64,000 bases of DNA, taken from Longimicrobiales bacterium (GTDB lineage Bacteria > Gemmatimonadota > Gemmatimonadetes > Longimicrobiales > Gaopeijiaceae). Each line of letters begins with the position of its first letter. Position 1 is the first letter of the stretch. The notes beneath the pieces are model-generated. The model was not told where the DNA came from, made no database searches, and worked only from the letters and a program-made list of their open reading frames with translations. Shown here piece after piece: positions 1 to 10,275 of this stretch. The position numbers and the translations under genes were made by a program. The stretch is taken from the NCBI GenBank assembly GCA_965248195.1, contig CBDFIQ010000001.1, forward strand, positions 288,001-352,000, read 5' to 3'.

Positions 1-1461
1 GCCGAAGTACGGGTAGTCCGACCCGGCCGATGGGGTCACCTTGAAGCCCAGATTGAGAAACGGATACCAGTTCTCGACCCTCAGCCGGCCCCCTTGCAGC
101 ACCTCGATGAAGTCGACCAAGTCGAACGGCACGTCGAGCGCCAACCCTCGCGGGCCGTTGAATAACGCCCCGTAGTGTGCGTAGCCGGACACGCCTCCCT
201 GGCTGTGCGACTCCTCGAACACTCTGTTGTAGGAAAAGTACTGATCGGCGGATAAATCGATCCACTCTGGGTTGTTAAGGTGGATGGTATGGCCCCGCTG
301 GGTGGTCCGTGGCCCCTCCTGTCCTGAAACGATCATGTGCCCGTCGCGCAGGAACCTGCCGGCCTCACCCCACGCAGGCTGCCGATAATACGTTGTCACG
401 ATGTTGCCCATCTCGAGAAGATTGCCGACGTGGATATCCTCTGCGGCGACCATCCCCCAAACGTTCATGTCGTTCACTTGATCCCGCGCGAGGTGTAGGT
501 GATCGTCGCCCGAGTACCAGCCCCGCTCCGGCTGGTTCGCGTACCGCTGCATGGATATCGTGACCGTTGTCGTCTGATTCGGAACGATATCGACGCTGCT
601 CTGGTGGAGGCGGTACTCCAATCCCTTGCTGGCCACGAGCTCGTACGATCCAGCAGGCACGTCTGCTTCGTAGCTCCCATCAACGTAGAAAATCTGACGG
701 TTCGCTGATGGCCACATAATGCGACCTGATACCCACAACAGGCGGGTCTCATCCGAATAACGATGCATGAGAAGCGATTCGCTCGATGGCAGCGGCGTCC
801 GACCCGTCGCATCGTAGAGGCCCAGCCGCGCCGGGACCGGCGCACCCGTCTGCCCGTCCACTACGGTGATTCTGATCGTGCCGCTCTGAGACGGAGGCGG
901 CGTCGTGCCGCTGCGTGTCACGCTCAGGTCGCATAGGGTGATCCCTCCACGTGCACCGATGGCAAGATCCGTGTCGAGAATGCCGAGTCCGGCGAACCGC
1001 GTGCGGTCCAAAGAAACAGTGACCTCTCGGAGCGTCGCGCCAGGCTCCGGAGTGATGGCCGTCCCGCCGTATCCCTCTCCACTGTTACGGTCCCACGCGA
1101 CCCTGAAGGGCTGTGTGAACGCCGGCGCATAGGTAACCGTCACCTCGACCGGTTCATCGATGTCGAAGGCGTAGTCGTCGTCCACATCGAACGCGAACAG
1201 ATCGCCGAACAGGCACGACATTCCGTCGACGGTGGTCAGAGCCGTCGCAACCTTACTGCCGTTCAGACCGAGCTCAGACCTGTTGACCCCCAGGACACGC
1301 GTGATATTCTGTTTCGGCCACGACAGGACCTCCACCCGCCGCGCCTCCTCACCATGCGCGAGCAGACCCCCCGCCACCATCATTCCGCTCATCGCTACCA
1401 CGACAAGAGTCGCCCAGATACGGCCCCGACCGTACCGGTTCACTAATCCGATCGATCTCAT
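1..1461 (-). CDS. CehA/McbA-family (PHP-like) metallohydrolase, secreted; 3' end runs off the window
   Basis: Not in the ORF track because it has no stop in the window. Manual translation from ATG at 1461 (RBS GAGGGGAG) stays open to base 1: hydrophobic N-terminus, GWYSGDDHLH, SGQEGPRTTQRGH, GGVSGYAH, WYPFLNLGFKVTPSAGSDYP. Confidence 0.8.
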   Translation of the reverse strand, partial: MRSIGLVNRYGRGRIWATLVVVAMSGMMVAGGLLAHGEEARRVEVLSWPKQNITRVLGVNRSELGLNGSKVATALTTVDGMSCLFGDLFAFDVDDDYAFDIDEPVEVTVTYAPAFTQPFRVAWDRNSGEGYGGTAITPEPGATLREVTVSLDRTRFAGLGILDTDLAIGARGGITLCDLSVTRSGTTPPPSQSGTIRITVVDGQTGAPVPARLGLYDATGRTPLPSSESLLMHRYSDETRLLWVSGRIMWPSANRQIFYVDGSYEADVPAGSYELVASKGLEYRLHQSSVDIVPNQTTTVTISMQRYANQPERGWYSGDDHLHLARDQVNDMNVWGMVAAEDIHVGNLLEMGNIVTTYYRQPAWGEAGRFLRDGHMIVSGQEGPRTTQRGHTIHLNNPEWIDLSADQYFSYNRVFEESHSQGGVSGYAHYGALFNGPRGLALDVPFDLVDFIEVLQGGRLRVENWYPFLNLGFKVTPSAGSDYPYFG

Positions 1462-1726
1462 CGAACTCTCCCCTCAGCCAGAGTGATCCCACCTTACTCG
1501 ACCACGCAACTCAGCGAGTAACCGCTCGCCAACGTGGGTACTCGAACCCCTCCGGCTCGACTGGGATTGATCCGTGACCCAGGACGGCGACGCCCGTCGC
1601 GTGCTGCCCCTCGCGTGCTGCCAGGAGAGTCACAGTGAATCGAACTGAGTCGCGAGGTTGGTATGAACTCCCACCTGGTGTCCGGAGCTAGGTCCCGGTG
1701 CCGATGAGATGCATCGGCCGTCGCAT

Positions 1727-1756
1727 CCCCGACCGGCTCCTCCGAGCCGGTCGGGG
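1727..1756. terminator. 13-bp GC-rich hairpin downstream of susD
   Basis: CCCCGACCGGCTC-ctcc-GAGCCGGTCGGGG perfect stem about 50 bp after the susD stop; no clear U tract. Confidence 0.55.
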
Positions 1757-1803
1757 GGTATCAAAACACGACAGTGACTGAGCCGCCACGGGCCGCCATC
1801 CCT

Positions 1804-3450
1804 CTACAAATGCGGAACCTGGTCACCGGGATTGCCCCCGAGCGAGCCGAGCCCGGTGCAACCGCTCGCTTGCGCATTTTCCCCACCACGGGCCCCCCAG
1901 AACGTGTTTCCTTGGTATTCAGTACCGTCCCACAGCTGGCGCACCCCACCCCGAAGCTGATAGCCTTGCAGCCGCGTTATTCCTTGCTGCCTGGGGAACC
2001 ACAGGACATCGGTGTTCTGGATCTTCGTCGACCAGTATCGTCCCCCCAGGTTGAAGAATTGTCTGCGACGCTCTTCGAGCGTCATCGCGCGAGTGGCGTC
2101 GGCGTCGCCCAAGAGCGTTGCCAGATACGCGCCCGAGATCTGCGGTAAGCCGCTATCGGCCCGTAGCACGTTGACCAAGTCGATAACACCCTGGAGGTTA
2201 CCCATTTCGTGCAACTCGTAGTCGGCCCGGATTAGCGTCAGCTCCTGCCAGCTCATATATGGGATGTCAGCGTCGTCCCCCGTGTACGTGTTGGGAACCT
2301 CGCCCGGCTCCGGGCCCGCAATCGTTGCCTTGAAGTGCTTGACCCTAGTGTCCTCGACGGCGGTGCTGCCAGGAATCGGCGTTGGGGGGGCACCAAGGTC
2401 CCGGAACTCCTCCGCCCAGCGCACTGGCAGGTTGCCGGCCTCGAGCGTCCGCCCGTCCGGTTCAATGCCGAGAAATATCCATCCCGTGAACGGTATTGGC
2501 GAAGTCCACTGCAGACCCGTGGCTGGGTTTGGATCAAAAAACGCCGGGTTCCACCACGTGATCATACCGTTCAGCGCGGACCAGCGTCGAATCGTACCGG
2601 TGATGTGGATCTTGTTCCTCCGCGTCGGCCCGGTGTCCCGTGTCACCCAGGCAGTGAAGTCGGGATCCGCATTCAACACGGCGAGGGCGGCGGCGTTTGC
2701 ACCCGTCAGATCGTCGCTCGCCCATAGGATCCTAGCACGGATGGCCTCCGCCATGTTTTGGGCGCTCGAGGCGGCGCCGAACGGCATCGCGAAGTCGCCA
2801 CCTGCCCCGGCGATGTGCGTGGTCGCCCTGTTTAGCCAGGCGCCAGCAACATCCATCACCTCAGGTGGCGTCATGAGGTCGCTCCCGTCGATCCCCACCT
2901 CGCAGAAGAACTCCCCGAGATGGGCCAGGGAAGCCGCAATGTAAATCGCGCTGATCGCGGAGAGCCTCTCGCCCTCCACCCCAAGCGACCACTCGTTCTG
3001 GATCCGGTCGTACACGCCTTGCGCCGCTCCTTCCGACGTTACCGTCTTCCCAGACGGGGTCATCAGGGCCGGGTCGTTCGACAGCAACGCACGCGCACCC
3101 GTGATTTGGTCGAAGAAGGACGTGTCAAGATCGCTCGCGTCGCAGTCGCCAGTGCTGGGCGATTCGTTATAGAGGGCGTACGTGCGGAAATTCCCGGCCT
3201 GCGGATCCCACATGTCCTCGAAGCCTCCTGCGGACTGCCCCCACGCCGAGTACCCACACTCGAAGAGCGCGATGCCCGAGTTGACCTGAAGCTCGGCCGT
3301 GCCGGGGTCGCCGATCGCCGCATCGGTCAGGAGGTGGGGTAACTCGACTTCGAGCAGGTCCTCGCAAGCGGCCAATGCCCCCAGCAACGCCGCCAAGAAC
3401 ACCACGTGACCGCATCGAGCCACCAATCTAACTCGCATAGTCTGTCGCAT
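1804..3450 (-). CDS. RagB/SusD-family nutrient-uptake outer-membrane lipoprotein
   Basis: Lipobox LAAC; SusD-like C-terminus (WQELTLIRAD, VNVLR, EERRRQFF..GGRYW); directly follows susC. Start 3450 has RBS GAGGGTG; 3474 (TAATG overlap) is an alternative. Confidence 0.8.
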   Translation of the reverse strand: MRQTMRVRLVARCGHVVFLAALLGALAACEDLLEVELPHLLTDAAIGDPGTAELQVNSGIALFECGYSAWGQSAGGFEDMWDPQAGNFRTYALYNESPSTGDCDASDLDTSFFDQITGARALLSNDPALMTPSGKTVTSEGAAQGVYDRIQNEWSLGVEGERLSAISAIYIAASLAHLGEFFCEVGIDGSDLMTPPEVMDVAGAWLNRATTHIAGAGGDFAMPFGAASSAQNMAEAIRARILWASDDLTGANAAALAVLNADPDFTAWVTRDTGPTRRNKIHITGTIRRWSALNGMITWWNPAFFDPNPATGLQWTSPIPFTGWIFLGIEPDGRTLEAGNLPVRWAEEFRDLGAPPTPIPGSTAVEDTRVKHFKATIAGPEPGEVPNTYTGDDADIPYMSWQELTLIRADYELHEMGNLQGVIDLVNVLRADSGLPQISGAYLATLLGDADATRAMTLEERRRQFFNLGGRYWSTKIQNTDVLWFPRQQGITRLQGYQLRGGVRQLWDGTEYQGNTFWGARGGENAQASGCTGLGSLGGNPGDQVPHL

Positions 3451-3473
3451 GATTTTCACCCTCGCCGGATCCA

Positions 3474-6400
3474 TTAGAACGTCATCCGAAGCGTGAGGTT
3501 CACGCTGGACAGTGGCGGCATCTCCCACCAGCCGCCAGATCCGCTGAGATCCCTTGGGCTGCCGAATTCAGGGTCCGTGATCTTGACGCCGTAGATGTGG
3601 GTTTGCGCCCGCCAGATCGTCCACAGGTTGCGGGCGGACAGCGACAGACTGGCTCGCGACACGCCCCGAAGCCACGACTCTGGAAGCTCATAGCGCGCGC
3701 CGACCTCGCGGAGCTTCCAGAAGTCCGCTTTGAACAGAGTCTTCTCGTGACTTGAGCTCGTGGAGTTGAGAGCGAAGGAGGAAGCCCAGAGCGGGTCGTC
3801 TTCGGTCAGGGCGACTTGGGTTTCTGTGTCGATGTGGGCCCACGCCTTGCCATCCTCTCTGCCCCATCGGCCGTATTGGCCCTCGGCCAACGCGAAGATC
3901 TGAAGCGTGTTGTCGAGCAAGCTGATACGCGGCGCCAGGCTAAACGAGTATGGTGCAAACGCCCTGCCTGACCAGATGTACTGCCGTCCACCGCAGGGAG
4001 CCACCTCCCCGCCCTCCAAATTGCCGTACTTGCTGTTCTCCAAAATCTGCTCTTGCGTCAGGTTCGGGTCGTCCCGGTCAAAGGGGCCCAGGAAGATTCC
4101 CATGTCACACATCGCACTCATATTCCGACCGTACACGTTCGTGAGCGACCCCGCGGGATCGAACTCCGCGCTCACCACCTTGGCCCTCACGACATTACTC
4201 GGAAACGGCAAGCCGATCTGGCGGCCGTTGCTCTAGCGGGCCACGGCCGGGTCATCCAGCTCTTTGATCTCGTTGTTCGTGTAGTCGGCCATCACGTCCA
4301 AGTCGATGGAGATCGCAGAGCTCGTGTAGAGCCGGGCGTGGAGCTGTGCTTCCCAGCCCCAGTTGTCCAATCGGCCGAAGTTCCGTTGGACCGAACCGGG
4401 AATCCCGAAGCTTCCAAGGACCGGCACGCTTAGCAGTAGATTTTCATCCTTGCGCCAGTAGTGCGTAAACTCCGTTGCCAGCCGATCGTCGAAGAACGCC
4501 GCATCGAACCCCATCTCGAGCTCTGTGCTCACTTCCGGCTCCACGCCCGAGTTGCCAGGGCTCTCCGGCTGGATCGCCGAGACCCCACGCGGGCCCGGAA
4601 TCGCGGAAAAGGTGTTGAATCCGGCGATCGCGGTAGGTTGGCGACCCGCTCGGCCCCAGGCACCGCGAACGCGCAGGGAGTTCATAAAATCGAAAGCCCA
4701 GAAGTCCTCCTCCGACACCACCCAGGTGCCCGAGACCTTCGGATACGTACGGGCCGGCGCGTCCGCTCCGAAAGTCGAGTTGTCGTCGAAGCGTAGCGCG
4801 CCCGTCACAAAGATTCGGTCATTCCATCCCACCTCTTCCTGGACATAGAACCCCAGTGATTTGTCCTCGACGTTCTCATAAATCGTCGCGAGGGTCGCCG
4901 GCGCGACTTGGTTGATCGTGGTGGACACGGGCGAGGCAAAATCCCGGCCCTCCAACTCGATCTTGTCCAGACGGTTCACATAGTACTGCGCACCGAACGA
5001 TGAGTTGGACGACCAGCTGTCGCTCAAGGTGAGCCTGGCTGTAAGCGAGTAGTCGAAGGTCTCGGCGGTCGTGACCGGCCGTTGGTAGTTCAGTTTGCCC
5101 GTGGTCGTCGCGCCGAAGGTGGGCAGCCACTCGTCCGTGAACTCCTTAAGGTGATCCGGGACCACGTTCTGATGGACCCGGAACAGCGAGTTGTTGATGT
5201 CCCAGCCCTTGTCGATGCCGATGATCAGTCGGGACGAAATGGTCCCCGTCACGTCCATGGGCAGAGAAAACGAGCCCGACTGAAAGTTCGCCGTCGCCGA
5301 GCCCGTGAAGCGGGTATAGTCACGCGTTAGCTCGATGTTCTCGTGGTCTGTTGGAAGACGCTCCTGGAAGCCGCCCAAACGCGGGTTCGAGCCCGGCGTG
5401 CCGAACGGGCGGTTGGTGTCCAAGAAATAGCCATGGGACCAGATCATATCCTGCCAGATCCCGCGCTCACGTTCCACGGCATCCCCGAACCGTGTAAAGC
5501 CGTCCGTAAAGCCTGTCGAAAAGCCCACCGTGAAGAACTCACCAAGGTTCACGCCCAAGTTAGCTCGGATTTGGTACTTTTCGTCCCGGTTGAATTGGGT
5601 GAAACCTTGGTCGTCGGTGTAGCCCGCAGACGCGAAGTATCGGATCGTCTCGCCCCCGCCCCGAATGTCCGCCTGGTACTCCCGGGAAGAACCGTTCGAG
5701 TAGAGGTTCTCGGTCGGCCACGGGAAGTAGCCCTCACGAATGTAGCGAGTCCCCTCGTCGTACATGTTGTACGCCTTAAGGTCGTTGCGGTCAGTACAGC
5801 CGTACGTTGGAAAAGCCGGACAATAGTAGAGGTCGCCAAGCCGGCCAGCAGGGTCAGACATGTAGTTCGTGCCCTCGCGCACAGAGAGGCTGAACTCTGG
5901 CGCACCCTCTCGACCCTTCTTCGTAATGATCTGGATCACCCCTGCTGACGCCTCCGTGCCGTACAGGCTCGCCGCTGCAGGACCTTTGATGATCTCGATA
6001 CTCTCGATATCAGAAGGATTGAAGTCGTTGAGCACGTTCACCTGTGCGCCGCGGCTGAGCTCCGGACCGGCGTGGGTTTCGTTGTTGACCCGGATGCCGT
6101 CCACGTAGATGAGCGGCTGGCTGCGATCAAGGTCGAAGCTGCCCGTGCCACGCAAGCTCATCGGTGAGCCGGTCCCCACGTTCCCAGCCAAGCGCGAGAA
6201 CCTCACCCCACCCCCAGCACGGCCCGACAGCAGATCCTGAAAGTTTCTGACCGGAACCTGCTGCGCGATGTCGCCCACGTCCACCGTCATAACCGAGTTT
6301 CCAAGCGTGCGTCGCTGGGTACCGCCGGGGGTGCCCGTGACGATGATCTCGTCGAGCTGCAGCGCTTCTTCAGTCATAGCGAAATTCTGCTCGACGGTTT

Positions 6401-6705
6401 GACCGCCACCGACCGAAACCTGCGCCTCTGTCGTCCGGTACCCGATGCGGCCCGCGCTGAGTGTGTGGATGCCCGCGGGCACGTTTTGGAGACAGGTAGC
6501 GGCCGTTCTGTTGCGTCAGGCCGCCCAAGTCCAATGCGGAGATGAAGACCTGGACTGCCGCCAACGGCTGCCCGGTCTGCGAGTCCAGTACCCGACCAGT
6601 GACCGTACCGCCCTGCTGCGCGCCGATACTCGGCACTACGAGGAGGAAGGCCGTCACCAGGACGCCGAACCCACTCAGCACTCTCGAACCCAATCCTGTT
6701 TTCAT
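3474..6705 (-). pseudogene. SusC/RagA-family TonB-dependent receptor, interrupted by a frameshift (~6492) and an in-frame TAG (4233-4235)
   Basis: Three ORF pieces join into one protein: signal peptide + GTVTGRVLD domain (ATG 6705, RBS GGGGGAG), plug (PLIYVDG, DIESIEIIKGPAAASLYG), barrel ending in C-terminal F. Removing one base at ~6492 restores RYL-LQNVPAG; the 4211 piece is in frame with the 6482 piece across the TAG. Confidence 0.85.
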
Positions 6706-6784
6706 AACTCCCCCTTTGGTTGAACCACTCACACGCAACGGTCCGGGAGTGGGCCTCCTCATCCTCGCTGCCACCGCTCGTGTA

Positions 6785-6810
6785 CCAAGCCAAGCAAGCA
6801 AGCAAAAAAA
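6785..6810. repeat. short (CAAG)-type repeat plus A7 tract upstream of susC
   Basis: ccaagccaagcaagcaagcaaaaaaa, about 80-105 bp upstream of the susC ATG. Confidence 0.5.
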
Positions 6811-6851
6811 TCGCCGTGATGATGCGCAGCGCAAGTCAGCACCGCAAGCCT

Positions 6852-7073
6852 GAACGCTGTTAAGAAATCGTAGCCACAGCTGGAGCACCGGGCGCGAGCG
6901 AAGCCGTGCGCCAAAATACCGCAGCGGAGATAGGCCCGGAAGTCGCGCTCGACCCACGAAGGGACGCTGTCTCCCATGCGATCCGCCTCGGTGGCTTGCG
7001 CGAGGAAAGTCTCGAGGTGATGTTGGACCAGCGGGTAGAGCGGTGTCTGGGTAGGGCGGCGGCGGTAGACGGG
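6852..7073 (-). mobile_element. IS91/ISCR-family transposase remnant (N-terminal zinc-binding domain only)
   Basis: Translates PVYRRRPTQTPLYPLVQHHLETFLA...VERDFRAYLRCGILAHGFARARCSSCGYDFLTAF; similarity ends where the conserved SCK and the HUH domain should follow. Confidence 0.85.
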
Positions 7074-7308
7074 CCCAGGGCTCGGCGCCGTGGGCGGATG
7101 GGGTGGGTGTGATCGAGGGCTGACTCGTACACGGCGTGAGGTGGAGTGAATCCCGGACGGTGAGGCGGGTCCCGTGGCATCAACATAGCTGGACGGGACG
7201 ATGGCTCTGCGGCCCCAGGGATCGCCTCCCTTCGCCGCGCCGGGAAGAAAACCGCTTTAGCGCACACGCGGGGGGCAACTCCCAAAAGCCCAATTTGCGG
7301 AGGTCCGC

Positions 7309-7581
7309 ATGCAGCAAGTTCCCACCCGCCCGGATCCGCCGACCGACGAGGAGCTGAACGCGTACATTCTCACGCGCTATGCGCTTCTTGGGATCGACAT
7401 CTCCGTACTGCCCGAGTCGGATGAAGACGCGCCGATGGATCAGGAGCGCCTTCTCCGAAACGCCAGATCGATTCTTCGCCAGGACGTCACGGCTGCCGAC
7501 TTCGACATCGATCCGCAATTCCACCTGCCCGTGCCGTATCCCGCTCCCCTCACGGCGTGGACGGAGGAGGAATCACGATGA
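7309..7581 (+). CDS. small acidic protein, possible GatC/AtzG-like amidase partner
   Basis: 90 aa, RBS GGAGGT, stop overlaps the amidase start (ATGA). Confidence 0.65.
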   Translation: MQQVPTRPDPPTDEELNAYILTRYALLGIDISVLPESDEDAPMDQERLLRNARSILRQDVTAADFDIDPQFHLPVPYPAPLTAWTEEESR

Positions 7582-9146
7582 GTGATGCGACTTCACGGGT
7601 CGACGTTCCCCAGGACGAGAGGGTTTCGCGTCGCTGGTTCGTCAATCGCATGGCGTGGGCCTCCTCCGCAGCCGCGATGGGTTCCCTGCTTTCGAGGGTG
7701 CCCGTCTGGGCGAGTGCCAGGGGTCCCGTTGTAACCGCGGAGGCGTTCGCGACGGACGTGCGTCTTCAGTCTGTCAGTGATCTCACCAGGCTCACGATGT
7801 CCGAGTCGATGAGCCTGATGCGTGCCGGGACCCTCGCGCCCGCGGATCTGGTCAACGCTTACGTGGACCGGATCGAGGCGTTCGACGGCATCTACGAGGC
7901 CTACGCGGACCGACCTGATCGGGAGGACCTGCTGGCCCAGCTGGACGGAACGCCTGACGGCGAGCAGCGCTCGCCACTCAGGGGGATGTGCCTGGCCCCG
8001 AAGGACAACTTCTACACGTCCGATCTGCTCACTGAAGGAGGGTCGCTCGTCTTCGAAGGCTTCCAACCCGACTACGACGCCACCGCGGTCGCCCTCATGC
8101 GGGCCGCAGGCGGTCTCATCGTCGGGAAGGGGCAGATGGGGAACCTGGCCGGAGGTCGCGCCCGAGTGTACGGCACCACGACACCCACCACGCGCAACGC
8201 GTGGAGTCCGGATGACGGGCGCTACAGCCCTGGCGGCTCGTCCTCGGGGCCTGCAACGGCAGTTGCGGCCAGGCTCGCGGTGGCGGGCCTCGGCACCGAG
8301 ACGGGTGGCTCGGTGATGGGGCCCGGCAACGCACAAGGACTCACCTGCATCAAGCCGACGTTCGGACGCATCTCCCTGCACGGCGTGATCCCTCTGAGCT
8401 ACACACGGGATCACGTCGGGGTAATGGCCCGTGACGCGAAGGATGCGGCGATTCTTTTGCAGGTCCTGGCTCAGCCCGACGCTAGCGACGCAAGGAGTCT
8501 CGGACTCCCTGCCGCGCCAAACTACGCACTGGCGGCCACGGCTTTCGGAGGGGATCGCCCGCGGGTTCGGTGGCCCACTCGCGTAGGCATCTGGCCCGAG
8601 TATCTGTCGGGCGACAACGAGCGCGTAAACGAGCTGCGTGGGGCCTTCATCAGCGAGCTCGAACGGAACCCCTCGGTGCAAATCGTGCCGGCGGTGACGC
8701 TCCCGGATCAGTGGGAGGAGCTGACGGAGGAGCCCCTTGGCGGGTCGCATGGCGACCCGACGGCGTTCTTCATCGAGCACCTGCGAAAGGACGTCCGGAA
8801 CTTCGCCGACCGGCTTCCTCGCTTCCTCAACGGGATGCTACAGAGCGCGGACACCTACGTGAAGGTGCAACAAGCGCGCAATCTGCTGCTGAGCAGGATG
8901 CTGACGCAGCTCTTCAACCAGTGTGATGTGGTCCTGACCACCGAGACTGGGGCTTTCGACGGTACGGGAATTCCGTTGATGTGCATGCCGATCGGTTTCG
9001 ATACCGACACCGATACGGGGAAAACCGTGCCCCGCGGCGTCGTCATGGCCGCACCGCCGTTCGGAGAAGAACGCTTGTTCGCAGTCGCCGCCGCATACCA
9101 GGCGATCACCGATTTCCACCAAACCTACGCGGCCGATCCCCCCTAG
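7578..9146 (+). CDS. amidase-signature family enzyme with twin-arginine signal
   Basis: KDN, PGGSSSG, GTETGGS (Lys-cisSer-Ser triad), KPTFGRIS; N-terminal SRRWF; RBS GGAGGAGG. Confidence 0.9.
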   Translation: MSDATSRVDVPQDERVSRRWFVNRMAWASSAAAMGSLLSRVPVWASARGPVVTAEAFATDVRLQSVSDLTRLTMSESMSLMRAGTLAPADLVNAYVDRIEAFDGIYEAYADRPDREDLLAQLDGTPDGEQRSPLRGMCLAPKDNFYTSDLLTEGGSLVFEGFQPDYDATAVALMRAAGGLIVGKGQMGNLAGGRARVYGTTTPTTRNAWSPDDGRYSPGGSSSGPATAVAARLAVAGLGTETGGSVMGPGNAQGLTCIKPTFGRISLHGVIPLSYTRDHVGVMARDAKDAAILLQVLAQPDASDARSLGLPAAPNYALAATAFGGDRPRVRWPTRVGIWPEYLSGDNERVNELRGAFISELERNPSVQIVPAVTLPDQWEELTEEPLGGSHGDPTAFFIEHLRKDVRNFADRLPRFLNGMLQSADTYVKVQQARNLLLSRMLTQLFNQCDVVLTTETGAFDGTGIPLMCMPIGFDTDTDTGKTVPRGVVMAAPPFGEERLFAVAAAYQAITDFHQTYAADPP

Positions 9147-9149
9147 GTT

Positions 9150-10106
9150 CTAGCCTTCGAACGCCGGGACCCGTACGAGCACGTAGGTAATGTGCCCGCC
9201 ATCCGGCACCAGATAGGCGTGAGGGGTTCTGGCCGGAATGTGGAGCACATCGCCGGCAGCCACGGGATATCGCGACCCCCCGTTAATTGAGGAGCCAGGG
9301 GCGTTCGACCGGCCGATCATCTCCCCGCCCACCAGCATGGTCCCCTCCCCGCTTTGTACAAACACGACATCGATAATGTCGTCGTGGAGCTCGGGCCTTC
9401 CGTCCCCATCCCGACGAATGAATCGAAAACGATGCGACGCGCCCCCCCGGCCGTAATCGGCCAGAGTCTCCCGGGCGGAATCGTCCGGACCCACCCTGGT
9501 CGCAAGGGTCGCATTCCGCCGTACCAGTTCCCTAGGCGTCCACATGCCGAATCCTGGCGGGTTTAGCCGAGGTGCCGCCCCGTCGGGATCAGCCACTACT
9601 TCGCCAACGAATACCGGGTTTCGCACCAGCACATACGTAACGTGTCCGCCATCCGGCACCAGATAGGCGTGAGGAGTCCCGGCCGGAATTCGGAGTATGT
9701 CGCCGGCAGTCACGGGATACCGATAGCCACCGTTGATCGCCGTGCCAACATCGCCCGTGCGGCCAAGCATTTCGCCGCCCACCCGCAGGGTCCCCGCCCC
9801 GCTCTGTATGTATACGACGTCGTCGATGTTGTCATGCAGCTCCGGCCTTCCGTCTCCATCTCGACGAATGAACCGGAAGCGATGTGATCCGGACGGGGTT
9901 ACGTAGTCGGCAAGAGTCTCCCGGGCGGAATCATCCCGCCCCACCCTGGTCCCGAGAGCGGAATTCCGCTCTTCCAGCTCCGAGGTGTCCCACATGATGA
10001 ATCCAGGCGGATCGGCCTGAAGGTTCGGCGCGAGAACAAGAGCAACCGCCAAGAAGGCAGGTGGCACCATGATGAGGGCACTCCTTATCAAGTTTTGGCC
10101 ATGCAT
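9150..10106 (-). CDS. secreted tandem-cupin protein
   Basis: Signal peptide followed by two near-identical ELHD...QSG.GT...GD.L.IPA.TPH units; start 10106 or 10070. Confidence 0.8.
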   Translation of the reverse strand: MHGQNLIRSALIMVPPAFLAVALVLAPNLQADPPGFIMWDTSELEERNSALGTRVGRDDSARETLADYVTPSGSHRFRFIRRDGDGRPELHDNIDDVVYIQSGAGTLRVGGEMLGRTGDVGTAINGGYRYPVTAGDILRIPAGTPHAYLVPDGGHVTYVLVRNPVFVGEVVADPDGAAPRLNPPGFGMWTPRELVRRNATLATRVGPDDSARETLADYGRGGASHRFRFIRRDGDGRPELHDDIIDVVFVQSGEGTMLVGGEMIGRSNAPGSSINGGSRYPVAAGDVLHIPARTPHAYLVPDGGHITYVLVRVPAFEG

Positions 10107-10275
10107 CTTGCAGCGTCGCCGATAGTAGTCCGCGTGCAGAGGGCTCGCAATGTATACCACCGCCCTCGTCCCCCGAGGGCACCGACCAACATCCTTGCTT
10201 GGGCGAACGGCCAGGGCGTACGTTGGCCCCGCATTATCTCGTGAGGCGATCGTCCCCGGTCCATATGGAAAACGC

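Noticed and set aside
1530..1572. GGTTCGAG T-loop-like motif on the minus strand suggesting a tRNA
   Set aside because: The T stem is mismatched and no acceptor, D or anticodon arms can be folded
4233..4235. In-frame TAG in susC as pyrrolysine or stop-codon reassignment
   Set aside because: Many genes here end normally at TAG, no pyl genes are visible, the site is not obviously catalytic, and the same gene also has a frameshift
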